A program made the position numbers and the translations under genes. Of a DNA stretch of 49,271 nucleotides, positions 12,188 to 23,567 are shown one piece after another (position 1 is the stretch's first letter; each line of letters opens with the position of its first letter). Under the pieces are notes generated by a model that ran no database searches, was not told where the DNA came from, and saw only the letters and a list, made by a program, of their open reading frames with translations. This DNA comes from Octopus bimaculoides (lineage: Eukaryota): the NCBI RefSeq assembly GCF_001194135.2, contig NC_068995.1:16463212-16512482 (forward strand), in the 5' to 3' direction.

Positions 12188-13189
12188 TATGAATGTAAGA
12201 TCCTAGGATCTTATTATTTATATATTATATATAAATAATGCAAGATCCAAGATAGCCTTAGCCTGAAGAGTACCTGTGTTATACACCTCACTTGAATATT
12301 TACCACTTCTGAGGTTCCACTCACTATGAAACCTATGTAGCCCAGATATTATCCACTCCATTCCGTAACTCTTGTATGTATGTATGTGCATTCCACTTGA
12401 CAACTGGTTCCGGTTTGTTTGCATTCAAACTGAGTAGTTCAGTGCAAAACATCATCATTTATTAATGAAAGAACTCAATACTTTTAGTAGATTTACATTT
12501 ATCATGCATATTGCATTGAGTGGAATTTCAACTTTTGCCAGTAAGGATTTATTCAACTAATGTCTGAATATGCCACAACAGGTTTTGAACCTCAGGTACA
12601 GACAATCACAGCAAGTATTGCGAGACAAACCTCTAATGTCTCTGCCATTTAGTTGTCTAGAATATAAAGATATCAAAACTAATCTGTAATTAAATTTGTG
12701 TGTGGAAAAATAGAAGAGCTAATTATATAAACGAAGAACAGCTAATTATAATATTTATAGTCTGGCTAAAATAGCTATGTTTTGTATATATAGCACCTCG
12801 ATATTGAATGCATCCTCTCATTCCAGTGTGTAATTTTTTTCTTTTCATTAATGACTGTAAGGTGTAATTTGATGGAGATTTAGCTGTTATTTCTTTTTGC
12901 ACTTTGAATTGCATAGAGGTTCAGTTTATTACTCACTTTATCAGCTTGTGTTGTTCTTATGTACGGTGACTGACTGATGGAAAAGGTAAAGGTGCTGGGC
13001 CACTTAAAGGATCTAGTCTTCATTTGTTGTTTTTGGCCAACCCGGCTTTTTGGTGTTTTTGGCCAGCAGGGCTTAAAATACATGTCCCTGGCTGTGAGTG
13101 TGTGGGTGTGTGTGTGTGTGTGTGAGAGAGAGAAAGAGAGAGAGAGAGAGAGAAGGCTATTCTTTCACATTCACTCATACAAAATCCTC

Positions 13190-13350
13190 TTTCTCCTTTT
13201 CTCTGTGCATATCACACACATTTTTCATGCATGCATGGAACAGAGTTTTATTGAGGCAGATTTTCTATGGCCAGATGTCCTTCCTGTCACTAATCTTTAT
13301 CTACTTCCAAGCAAGATAATGTTTCCCAGTGGTCAGACATGTTTCTGCAG
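13190..13350 (-). mobile_element. SINE/LINE 3' fragment (second RTE-tail-like family)
   Basis: gcatgcatggaacagagttttattgaggcagattttctatggccagatgtccttcctgtcac...; related copy at about 28525-28720. Confidence 0.6.
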
Positions 13351-13383
13351 CAGTACCTGTCTCTCATGCTGGTATGGGTTGAA

Positions 13384-14041
13384 TATTTCCCAAGGATTCA
13401 ACACCGCCAAATTCCACTCAGTGGCCACATACACTCTTGTGCCAAAAATAAAAACCCTCAATTGCTTATATTCCCTTTCTATCAATGTAGAAACAGAATC
13501 TCTACACAAGAAAGAATCAACAAGGAGAATCTTTTTATAGAGAAATTCCAAATGCTTCTTAACATACAAACTCCTCGGTGACCATATTCCCTTCTCTTGC
13601 CTACCCAATGAAATACATATAAATTTACTTCTTGTTTCTCTAAGAACAGACATAAACTTCCTGTTGACAAAGAATCCAGAACTCCAACTAAAGAGTATAA
13701 AACCCACAGAATTGTCTTCCCTTACACACACTTCCTGTTTTGACACTACACTTCCTGTTTAACACATAAACTCTCAGCCTTTTTTAAACACAACACCATT
13801 CTTAATTCCATGCATCTTAATCTATCTAACAATTATCAACATGGATTACCATTGAACGTTAAAAACTCAAAGACAATATAATGTATTGGTATATTTATTT
13901 TTTTATATATTTTTTTATATTTTTGTAAAAACATTATTTTAATTTTCCCTCTTCTTGAAAATTTGCCATGCAATGGAATCCGGTTAGAAAGGCTTTTTTT
14001 ATTCTCGTTATACACATCTATATTAAAATATGCTTTCAGTT
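13384..14041 (+). mobile_element. 5'-truncated Penelope-like retroelement (copy A): endonuclease C-terminus plus 3' UTR
   Basis: Encodes RQIPLSGHIHSCAKNKNPQLLIFPFYQCRNRISTQERINKENLFIEKFQMLLNIQTPR* (stop 13579-13581). Colinear with 19111-19808 and 37338-38427. Runs into a gap. Confidence 0.8.
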
Positions 14042-14699
14042 NNNNNNNNNNNNNNNNNNNNNNNNNNNNNNNNNNNNNNNNNNNNNNNNNNNNNNNNNNN
14101 NNNNNNNNNNNNNNNNNNNNNNNNNNNNNNNNNNNNNNNNNNNNNNNNNNNNNNNNNNNNNNNNNNNNNNNNNNNNNNNNNNNNNNNNNNCATACATATA
14201 TTACTGCTTGGTAAATTCCTGTTTAGTAAGTCCTCATCAATTTGAAGAAGGAAAGTATTGGGGCAAATAATGTTGCTGTTCACAAGTAAATTCATTTAAA
14301 AGGTGGGTGAAAATTGTGAAAATGCTAAGAGTGAATGAGACCACTTTAAATGTGCACCTTTAGCTTAAAGACTGATGGTGGCAGAGGGCACTAGCCCCTA
14401 GTATCCAGGGTAATATACTCCTTGATTATCTCTCCTGTAACAGTAGTAATGTGTCGTCATTATCTTTCATTATTTATATATCGTGTGTACTTATATTTCA
14501 ACTTATTATTTCTCATTCAATTTCTTGTATAAACCACCACATTTTTGTGGGTGAGTCTTTGTATATGTCCACCACAGTATCTGTCCTGTTGCAAATAAAA
14601 GAAATTGTTATCATCAATCAACACTTTATATTCTTTGTTCAAATTGCACCAAGGTCAATTTTGTCTTTTAGCTTTCCAGGGTTAGCAAAATAAAATATC

Positions 14700-15119
14700 A
14701 AATAAATACTGGGGAAGGAGGATATCAACTACACCCCTCTTCCAAATTTCAGGCCTTGTGCTTTGTGCCTTTATAAGCAATCACCAGGTAGAAAGGCTTA
14801 ACAGCATGTTGTCAATTGCTATGTTCTGAGTTCAACTTTGCCTTTCGTCTTTTTAGATTAAGTAGTTGCGAAACACTGGAGTCAAGGTAATCAACTAATC
14901 CCCTCCCCTAAAATTTAAAGCCTTGTTCCTATTAAAGGTGATGAGCTGGCAGAGTTGTTAGCATGCTGGACAAAATTCTTAGCAGTATTTTGCCTGTTGC
15001 TATGTTTTGAGTTCAAATTCTGTTGAGGTTGACTTTGCCTTTCGTCCTATCGGGGTTGATGAAACTGAAAGTGGTACTAGTTGAGTACTGTGGTTGATGT
15101 AATTGGCCATCCCCCTCCT
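14700..15119 (+). mobile_element. Cluster of 2-3 tandem degenerate SINE copies (aaggYgg..gagctggcaga family)
   Basis: Repeated gttctgagttcaa...ctttgcctttcgtc at about 14823 and 15005; same family as 23275-23470 and 46509-47313. Confidence 0.7.
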
Positions 15120-15669
15120 NNNNNNNNNNNNNNNNNNNNNNNNNNNNNNNNNNNNNNNNNNNNNNNNNNNNNNNNNNNNNNNNNNNNNNNNNNNNNNNNN
15201 NNNNNNNNNNNNNNNNNNNNNNNNNNNNNNNNNNNNNNNNNNNNNNNNNNNNNNNNNNNNNNNNNNNNNNNNNNNNNNNNNNNNNNNNNNNNNNNNNNNN
15301 NNNNNNNNNNNNNNNNNNNNNNNNNNNNNNNNNNNNNNNNNNNNNNNNNNNNNNNNNNNNNNNNNNNNNNNNNNNNNNNNNNNNNNNNNNNNNNNNNNNN
15401 NNNNNNNNNNNNNNNNNNNNNNNNNNNNNNNNNNNNNNNNNNNNNNNNNNNNNNNNNNNNNNNNNNNNNNNNNNNNNNNNNNNNNNNNNNNNNNNNNNNN
15501 NNNNNNNNNNNNNNNNNNNNNNNNNNNNNNNNNNNNNNNNNNNNNNNNNNNNNNNNNNNNNNNNNNNNNNNNNNNNNNNNNNNNNNNNNNNNNNNNNNNN
15601 NNNNNNNNNTTATTATCATCATCATTATTTTTATTATTATATGGTTGTTTTTCCTTATTTTCTTCTAAG

Positions 15670-15747
15670 AAATGGGATGAAGTAGATATTGAGGAAGAAA
15701 CAGAGGCTGGTGAGAAAATCAAATCAACAATCCGAGTTCCAATGCAG
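15670..15747 (+). CDS. COG1: Internal exon of conserved oligomeric Golgi complex subunit 1 (phase 0-0, 26 aa)
   Basis: Acceptor ttccttattttcttctaag, donor CAG|gtaacc. KWDEVDIEEETEAGEKIKSTIRVPMQ aligns with human COG1 SWDELEIQEEAESGSSVTSKIRLPAQ (recalled from memory; confirm by BLASTP). Joins in frame to 48501. Confidence 0.88.
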
Positions 15748-15819
15748 GTAACCACTATTCACTTTTGCTTTCAAATATTACAAGTTTTACAAATGCTCTC
15801 ATTTAAAAAAAAAAAATGA

Positions 15820-15850
<31 letters not shown>

Positions 15851-16077
15851 GAAACAAACATACACACACACACACACATATATGAAGCACACACACACAC
15901 ACATATATCTATATGGAATATACATATATGCATTTATAAATGTGTGGGAGTATAAGAAAAATAACAAGAATAACAAGAAAGAGTCGAAAATGAGCTAATT
16001 TCATATATATGTGTGTGTGTGTGCATGTATGTATATATATATATGTGTGTGTGAGTATGTATACATGTATATGTGAA

Positions 16078-16118
<41 letters not shown>

Positions 16119-16454
16119 ATATATGTGTGTATGTATGTATGTATGTGTGTGTGTGTATATGAAGATAGATAGTATGAATGTATGATAAACAAAATAAACA
16201 AGGGTCTCATGGCATTTTAAGTCAATGACTAGATTCAAAGTTCTCATTGTAATGTCTACCCAACACACATTTACCTACTTTAAAAGAGACTGAAATGCTT
16301 CATATCCTGAAGATGCGTCTGTAAAAGTCTTGAAATGCTGGTGATGGATTTAGACACTTTATTGTTCCAAATGAACTGCAGAGAATTCATACAAAAGTAC
16401 CAAAAACACCTTAAAAAAACAGATGAAACTAGAACATAGCTGTGCTTTTAATAC

Positions 16455-16488
<34 letters not shown>

Positions 16489-16878
16489 CATGCACACACA
16501 CATACACTTACTATCATTGACTGTGAAACTGAAGTAGGGATAGATGAAAATCTTCACCATTTTGTCTGCATTATTGATGTCAATAATTCGGAGCTAATGT
16601 ACTTATAAATATTTATGTAGTTTCCTTTAAAACAATAATCTGATGTGTGTGTGTTCTAATAATAAGTTATAGACTTGGTAATTTTAGTTGTTTTAACCCA
16701 AAGTCATAAATAAACCACACACTGCAAGCTGTTATGTAAGGCTCTATCTTCAGATTTGCATTTAAGTTTATCTTTAACAAATAATCCATAAGCTTTGTTA
16801 CTACACACACACCACATGTATATGGCTATATATGTGCGTATGTGTATATATATATATGTGTGAATGTATATGTATGTG

Positions 16879-16917
<39 letters not shown>

Positions 16918-16928
16918 ATATATGTGTG

Positions 16929-17261
16929 AAGGCACATGGCTCAGTGGTTAGAGCGTTGAGCTTAGGATTTCGAGGTTGTCAGTTCGAATCCGAAACCGGG
17001 CTGTGTGTTGTGTTCTTGAGCAAGACACTTTATTTCATGTTGCTCCAGTTCACTCAGCTGTAGAAATGAGTTGCGACGTCACTATTGCCAAACTGTATCG
17101 GCCTTTGCTTTACCCTTGGATAACACTGTTGGTGTGGAGAGGAGAGGTCAGTATAGATGGGAGACTGCTGGTCTTCCATAAACAACCTTGCCTGGACTTG
17201 TGCCTCAGAGGTTAACTTTCTAGGTGCAATCCCATGGTCAGTCATGACTGAAGGGGGTCTC
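16929..17261 (+). mobile_element. Full-length tRNA-derived SINE with intact Pol III A and B boxes
   Basis: A box tggctcagtggttagagcg (16937-16955) and B box agttcgaatcc (16981-16991), then a CORE-like ttcttgagcaagacactttatttca segment and a long non-tRNA body. Degenerate relative at about 31300-31500. Confidence 0.85.
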
Positions 17262-17270
17262 AGCAATATG

Positions 17271-17316
<46 letters not shown>

Positions 17317-17330
17317 TAATGTAACAAAAG

Positions 17331-17760
17331 GCATTAGTCAGCACCAGTATTGCTGGAAATGAGAGTTAAAACAACGCATAGCCACAGAAAGCACTTATCT
17401 TAAGACTGACAAGGAAGCTCCACACATCTGGGACATAGCCAGATTACCAGTGATTTTGCCTTTGATTGGTTGTAAATTAAGAATAACCCATCTTTCCTTT
17501 TTACAATTTCCACTTTTACCATTTTTGAAATCAGTATGCGGTTTCTATGGTAATCTTATAAACTGACAACGCTAGTGAGCTTTACCTTAGGCTGGGTAAG
17601 TGCTACTGACGGGCATTAATCAAATGTGAAATCACTGGTGATCTGGCTATGCCCCGGATGTAGGGAGCGTGCTTCCCTTGTCTGTCATAATGATAAGTGC
17701 TTTCTGTGGCTATGAGTTGTTTTGACTCTCATTTCTATCAATCCGGGTGCTGACTAGTGC
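17331..17760. mobile_element. Fold-back (MITE-like) element with about 140-bp imperfect inverted arms
   Basis: 17331-17467 is the reverse complement of 17618-17760 (e.g. catagccacagaaagcacttatc / gataagtgctttctgtggctatg); 150-bp spacer. Confidence 0.85.
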
Positions 17761-17832
17761 ACATAGCCACTTTAGTGATGTCTATATTTCTGCCTTTCGA
17801 TTGTAAATTATGAATAAGCCACCATTACTATG

Positions 17833-17869
<37 letters not shown>

Positions 17870-18018
17870 ATCTATATGTGTGTGTGTGTGTATCTATATG
17901 TGTGTATATATATATATGTGTGTATATATATATATATGTGTGTATATATATATATGTATGTATATATATATATATTTGTATGTATATATATATGTGTGTG
18001 TGTATACATGTGTTTGTA

Positions 18019-18067
<49 letters not shown>

Positions 18068-18070
<3 letters not shown>

Positions 18071-18560
18071 TAGCAAAAACCAAAGTCTTCGTAAGTGGAA
18101 AGGCTGTCAAATCACAAACCCCTTCAAGTAGATGGCCCTGCTCAATCTGTAGAAAAGGCATGGGTAGAAACTCCATATGATATACCCAGTGTAAGCTATG
18201 GGCAAATAAAAGGTGCAACAATGTCAAAGGAAGGTTAACCGGAAAATAGTTTTTGTGTGTGGCAGATGCACAGGGGTAATAAACACTGATGATGTATAGT
18301 AAAGTAATTCCATCACATGCCAAGGGGAGAAACTAGAAGTAGTTAACAGCTTCCGCTCCCTAGGCGACCAAGTCTGTAGTGGGAGTGGTGCTGTTTGAGG
18401 AAGTGCCACTCCCTAACAGTGGAAGGAACCTGTGGAAGAGGTAGACCCAAGAAGACATGGGATGAGGTGGTGAAGGAGCTGATGACAGGAGACCGAGACC
18501 ATTGGAGATATGCTGTGATTGAGAAGAGCTGGTAACTGAAGTGAGATCACAGCAATGCAT
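18068..18560 (+). mobile_element. Internally deleted RTE-type LINE ORF2 fragment
   Basis: [58 protein letters not shown] jumps at about 18410 to the C-terminal KCHSLTVEGTCGRGRPKKTWDEVV, the same C-terminus as the remnant at 27130-27400. Confidence 0.78.
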
Positions 18561-18570
18561 GTCCGGCCCT

Positions 18571-19822
18571 AATAACCAAATCACAACCAACATGTACCAC
18601 ACACCTACAGATTCATAACAATACCTCCTATTCAGCTCATGCCTCCCAAAACACACCAAGATAAATATCCCCTTCAATTTAGCTAATAGAATTTGCACCA
18701 TTGTCTCTGACCCAACCATTCGAGAAATACGCTTACAAGACCTCAAATAAAACACTATTACAATGCCAGTATCCCTCCACACTCATAGACTTTGGAATAA
18801 AACGTGGCAAGGAACTTGACAAAAACACACTGAAAACCACCCAACACAGTAACACACCCAACCCCAAAATACTTCCATACATCTCCACCCACAACCCCCT
18901 AAAACATCAAAGCATACACCATAATCAAACAAAACTTCCCCTTATTCATCACAGACCCGAAAATGAACAATATCATCAATACACACAAAGTCCTTAAATG
19001 CAAAAGCAACATATATCTTTGAAAATCTCTTAACTAATGCCAAACTACACACACCACTTTCACCCCCATCAGTTAAAAAATGTGCAGTCCCTAATTGTGG
19101 TACCTTCCCCTGCCAAATTCCACTCAGTGGCCACATAGACACTTGTGACAAAAAAACCCCCAAAAAGACCCCTAAATTCCTTATATTCCCTTTCTATCAA
19201 TGTAAAGACAATCTCTACACAAGAAAGAATCAACAAGGAGAATCTTTTTATAGAGAAATTCCAAATGCTTCTTAACATGCAAACTCCTCGGTGACCATAT
19301 TCCCTTCTCTCGCCTACCCATTGAAATACATATATATTTACTTCTTGTTTCTCTAAGAACAGACATAAATTTCGTGTTGACNNNNNNNNNNNNNNNNNNN
19401 NNNNNNNNNNNNNNNNNNNNNNNNNNNNNNNNNNNNNNNNNNNNNNNNNNNNNNNNNNNNNNNNNNNNNNNNNNNNNNNNNNNNNNNNNNNNNNNNNNNN
19501 NNNNNNNNNNNNNNNNNNNNNNNNNNNNNNNNNNNNNNNNNNNNNNNNNNNNNNNNNNNNNNNNNNNNNNNNNNNNNNNNNNNNNNNNNNNNNNNNNNNN
19601 NNCCATTGAACTTTAAAAACTCAAAGACAATATAATGTATTGGTATATTTATTTTTTATATATTTTTTATATTTTTGTAAAAAAACATTATTTTAATTTT
19701 CCTTCTTCTTGAAAATTTGCCATGCAATGGAATCCGGTTACAAATCCTTTTTAATCCTCCTTATACACATCTATATCAAAATATGCTTTCAGTTTAGCAT
19801 TCTGCCTTATTATTATTATTAT
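18571..19822 (+). mobile_element. Penelope-like retroelement (copy B): RT thumb/linker, partial endonuclease, 3' UTR and (TTA)n tail
   Basis: MYHTPTDS*QYLLFSSCLPKHTKINIPFNLANRICTIVSD..QYPSTLIDFGI..ILPYISTHNP..KKCAVPNCGT is the typical PLE post-RT region. From 19111 it is colinear with copy A; ends ttcagtttagcattctgcct(tat)n. Confidence 0.85.
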
Positions 19823-19887
19823 TGTTATTGTTTTATTTTCCTATATATATATATATATATATATATGTACATATATATGTGTGTGTG

Positions 19888-20080
19888 TACAATGAGGTAT
19901 CAGAAATTTTCTGGACCACAGTACTCTCGTAAATAAGATACTTGATAAATTATTTATATTTGGATAGTCCCCTTGAGATGTACACAGCAATCCCAGCATG
20001 TCTTCCGTACCTCAGAAGAACTATGGAAGTCTTCTTCCTGAAGGCTAGCCAAAACCAACTGAGATTCAATTTGAATTTCA
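19888..20080 (-). mobile_element. Mariner 3' end (TIR plus transposase C-terminus remnant)
   Basis: TIR-like tacaatgaggtatcagaaattttctggacc. The minus strand reads FHSSSEVRKTCWDCCVHLKG, resembling the mariner ..RW..CV...GDY C-terminus. Confidence 0.65.
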
Positions 20081-21415
20081 GCTTTGGTTTTTTTATCACT
20101 GTTTTTTTTTCCTTGTTTTCATATCCCACAACCATTTTAGCTAGTCCAAATACTGTGTGTGTGTGTGTTCTTTTATTTATATTTCTTTCTTGTATTGCAT
20201 AGAAAATCATTTTCCAACTTCTGTTAGGACTTGTAAAGGACAATATTACATTACACTGAAAGTATGTTAGCTGTGATTCTTATACTTCCTATTCCTAGTA
20301 TTAATTGATATTTGCTATCTGATTTTATCCATTGACTTGTCTAAGAATATTCCTTTGTAATTGATTGGTTTTCATATTCAACTGGAATGGGGGGAAATAT
20401 TCTCTTCTTTATCCTGAGTGAATGGTTTAGCACAACTATAGTATTCCTGCTCACAGCAGCAGTTTATATTCAGCTCCACGTCGGCCCCGAGTGAACAGAC
20501 TCCTTCTTCAAAGGCATTCAAGCTATGACCATCCATTTTTATGATTTTTTTTCTTTTTTTGTCATGTACTGTCTATCTAGAACTTCTTTATCTAATGTTT
20601 GCTCTTGTTTTTTTTAAGATGATTTCTTTTATTTTTTGTTTAAGCCCTTCGGTCCCTATAGAGCATAAGCTATGGAGTGCTATTCTCCACTGTTCTCAGC
20701 ATGAGGGCTATCCTCTTCCCCTAGGTTTTGCTGGTTTTGAATTGTCATCAATATCTTTGTAACTCTGCCTTTTTCTACACAGGGATGTTGGCCCTACAGA
20801 GACCCATTTACATCCTCTCTTTTTTTACCTACTCCGCACAAGAGGCTCCCTCAGGGGTTTGCACTTTGCTGGCATATCTTCCAGGCCCATTGCGGAACGC
20901 AAATCACCATACCACCTGAAAGTCTGGATCCTTGTGGTAGCTTTTTTTTTTAAGATGATAGAATTTGGTCTTTTCAAGATCTAGCTGTTGAGTTTTTACA
21001 ACATAAGTGCCCCCCACATGGTTAGTTAATTGAAGGCATTGCCACAACATGGTCACATTCGAACAGCCGAAAGCAAGTCAGGAATTCCACATTGATATGG
21101 TGTATGGTTTTTATTTGTGTGTGTGTTGTGTGTTTCAGCTGTTCAGTTTTTAAGAGTTTATTAGTTTAGAAAATAATAACAATCATAATAGTCATTTTCA
21201 TCTTTAGCAGCAGCAGTAGCAATGTGACCACTGCCACCATCACCACCACCACAACCACCACCACCACACATCTTTTATATTCGGGTCAAATGGAAGAAAT
21301 TACTCTTCATATTATATTCTTTTAAAGCAGAAATTCAATTTGTTTATTAAGATTATTTTTTGTTGTTGTTTATGTCTATCTTTTGTTTATTATTATTATT
21401 ATTATCATCATCATC

Positions 21416-21448
<33 letters not shown>

Positions 21449-22663
21449 ATTTTCATTCTTTCGGCTCCAAAAACTCTATCAATGGCCATGGTGTGACCAG
21501 AAAACTGAATTAAAAGTTTTTTCTCTTGTTTCATTATTCAGATCCCTACTGCTATAAGCTATTATCATTGATTACTAAAAATCATTTTCTGCTCTTGTGA
21601 TTATCGAAAATCAGCTTAATCTAAAGCCAAAGAATTTCAACAAAATAGCAAAAAGCAAATCCTGCATACCAAAGCATATTTAATTCCACCTCACCCAAAC
21701 CTCTTTCTTTTTGTCTTTTTTTTCTCCCTCCCCACCTCCTCTACTGTCATAACTGTTCAGCTCTTTGTAACATTGATCAATGCCCATATCTTCTCATCTG
21801 GTGATCACTTGTCCATCTCTCTTGTCCACTGAATACTTGTTCAGCTTGTTCAGCCACTTTGATCTGTGATCAAATAAATATTCAATATCGTCTTTTTTTT
21901 TTTTTTTCCTTTTTGGTGTGCTTTTTTTTTCTTCTTCTTCCTCATCCAGCGTTCATTGTTCACTATTCATCTGCAGTTGGTAATCTGTCCNNNNNNNNNN
22001 GTGATCTCTGTTGCAATTCGTCTGTCCAGGGGATTAGTGTTTCGCTTCAGTCTCTTTCAAAAACAAAAAAACAAAAAAGAGGAACATAAGGATAAAAATA
22101 AAAAAAAAAGCCTAACAAAGCCAGCTGAATATCTTTCAGCCTAAGTGCTAAAATGGTAGTTCATATCCTAGGAGTTCCTATTACAGCACATCATTTCATT
22201 TATGTTGTTATTTTCCCTGGGGAAAGGCGGATGGACAAGTGCCATACTGTACAGCACTGTACCAATTGAACCCTTTTCACTCTGTTTCTTAAACAACAGG
22301 ATACAAAATGTGGCAAAAAAAAAAAGAGAAAAGAGAGAGACAGAGAGAAAAAGAAGATAGCAGCAGTCTGGAGGCACGTTTGTTGTGTTGTCGAATATGG
22401 TGCAATGAAATCTGGTTATAATAATTGATTGCAGTCCTACATATTTCTGTACTAACACTGTTCTCCGTCATTATCTGTCATGCTCTTTGATATCTGTCTG
22501 CAGTAGTAATCAGTTTTTGTCGTTGCCTATCAATGTACACTCATAACAGAGGGATGTTATTATGTCCAACACTTTTGAGGTTTAGTTTACTTACGCATAA
22601 AAACATATGCAAGCATGCATACACTCATGTATACACATACTTGTATATGTAAACATACTTAGA

Positions 22664-22706
<43 letters not shown>

Positions 22707-23103
22707 TCTCTTGTTTAATCCTTTATTTACATCTATTTATTCATACCAGTATGAGTAAGGTGGATACTTATTTGAAACAGTATTTTTAATGTTGTCAAGT
22801 ATTTTTCAGCTTTTCAATTCATGGTCTTTTTATTACCCTTTCTTTTTAATGTGCAGTGCTGCAGGTCTTATTGTTTGCAAATAATGAAAATGTCATCATC
22901 ATGTTTTACTTATGGGCTCTATAGGTTGATAAAGAATATCAACATTTATGTGCACACACATGTGCATGCATGTGTGCACGCACACACACATACACACACA
23001 CACATTAATATGCGTTTGTATATGTATATATATGTTAAGTATGTGAATATATTTTTTATAAGTTTAAGGTCATATACATGCATATGTCAGAATGATGTAG
23101 GCT

Positions 23104-23144
23104 CCTCTGATGAGAACCCTATAAGATTTGAAAATCAATTAAGG
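23104..23144 (+). ncRNA. Possible degenerate minimal type I hammerhead ribozyme motif
   Basis: cct-CTGATGA-gaaccctataagattt-GAAA-atcaat-TA-agg; see findings. Confidence 0.3.
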
Positions 23145-23214
23145 TTGTTCATTATTTTCTTCAGCCTGTAGAGAAATAGCTAAACTTTGCTCTGTTTATA
23201 ATTACACCATATGT

Positions 23215-23249
<35 letters not shown>

Positions 23250-23274
23250 TATTAATATTACATTATAGACTAAG

Positions 23275-23470
23275 ATGGTGAGTTGGCAGAATTGTTAGTA
23301 TGCCAAGCAAAATGGTTAGTGCCATTGGTTTCAAATTCCACCAAGCACAACTTCATCTTTCATCTTTTCAGGGTCATTGAAATACGTACCAGCTAAGGTT
23401 AAGCACTGAGTTTGATGGAATCAAATTACACCCTTCTTTGAAATTGCTGGCCATGTGCTAAAATTTGAAA
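23275..23470 (+). mobile_element. Degenerate SINE (aagatgg..gagttggcaga family)
   Basis: Colinear with the copies at 46509-47313. Confidence 0.7.
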
Positions 23471-23483
23471 CAAGTTGTACACT

Positions 23484-23567
23484 TTAGAGTTAGGGTTAGA
23501 GTTAGGGTTTGGCAAAAATACTCATAACCCTAACTCTAAAACCTGAACCCTAACCCTAAAACTCTAA
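23484..23567. repeat. Short head-to-head telomere-like repeats (TTAGRG)n...(CYCTAA)n
   Basis: ttagag ttaggg ttagag ttaggg tt (23484-23509), a 15-nt spacer, then taaccc taactc taa...aaccc taaccc taa. Confidence 0.75.

Noticed and set aside
15000-15819. Long ORFs spanning N-runs (also 1418-2014, 7671-8282, 29919-30507, 41502-42225)
   Set aside because: Their length comes from X codons. Only the 78-nt COG1 exon inside 15103-15819 is supported.
16931-17005. Possible tRNA gene
   Set aside because: A and B boxes are present, but the sequence runs on into a SINE body and I could not form a proper acceptor stem; it is a tRNA-derived SINE head.
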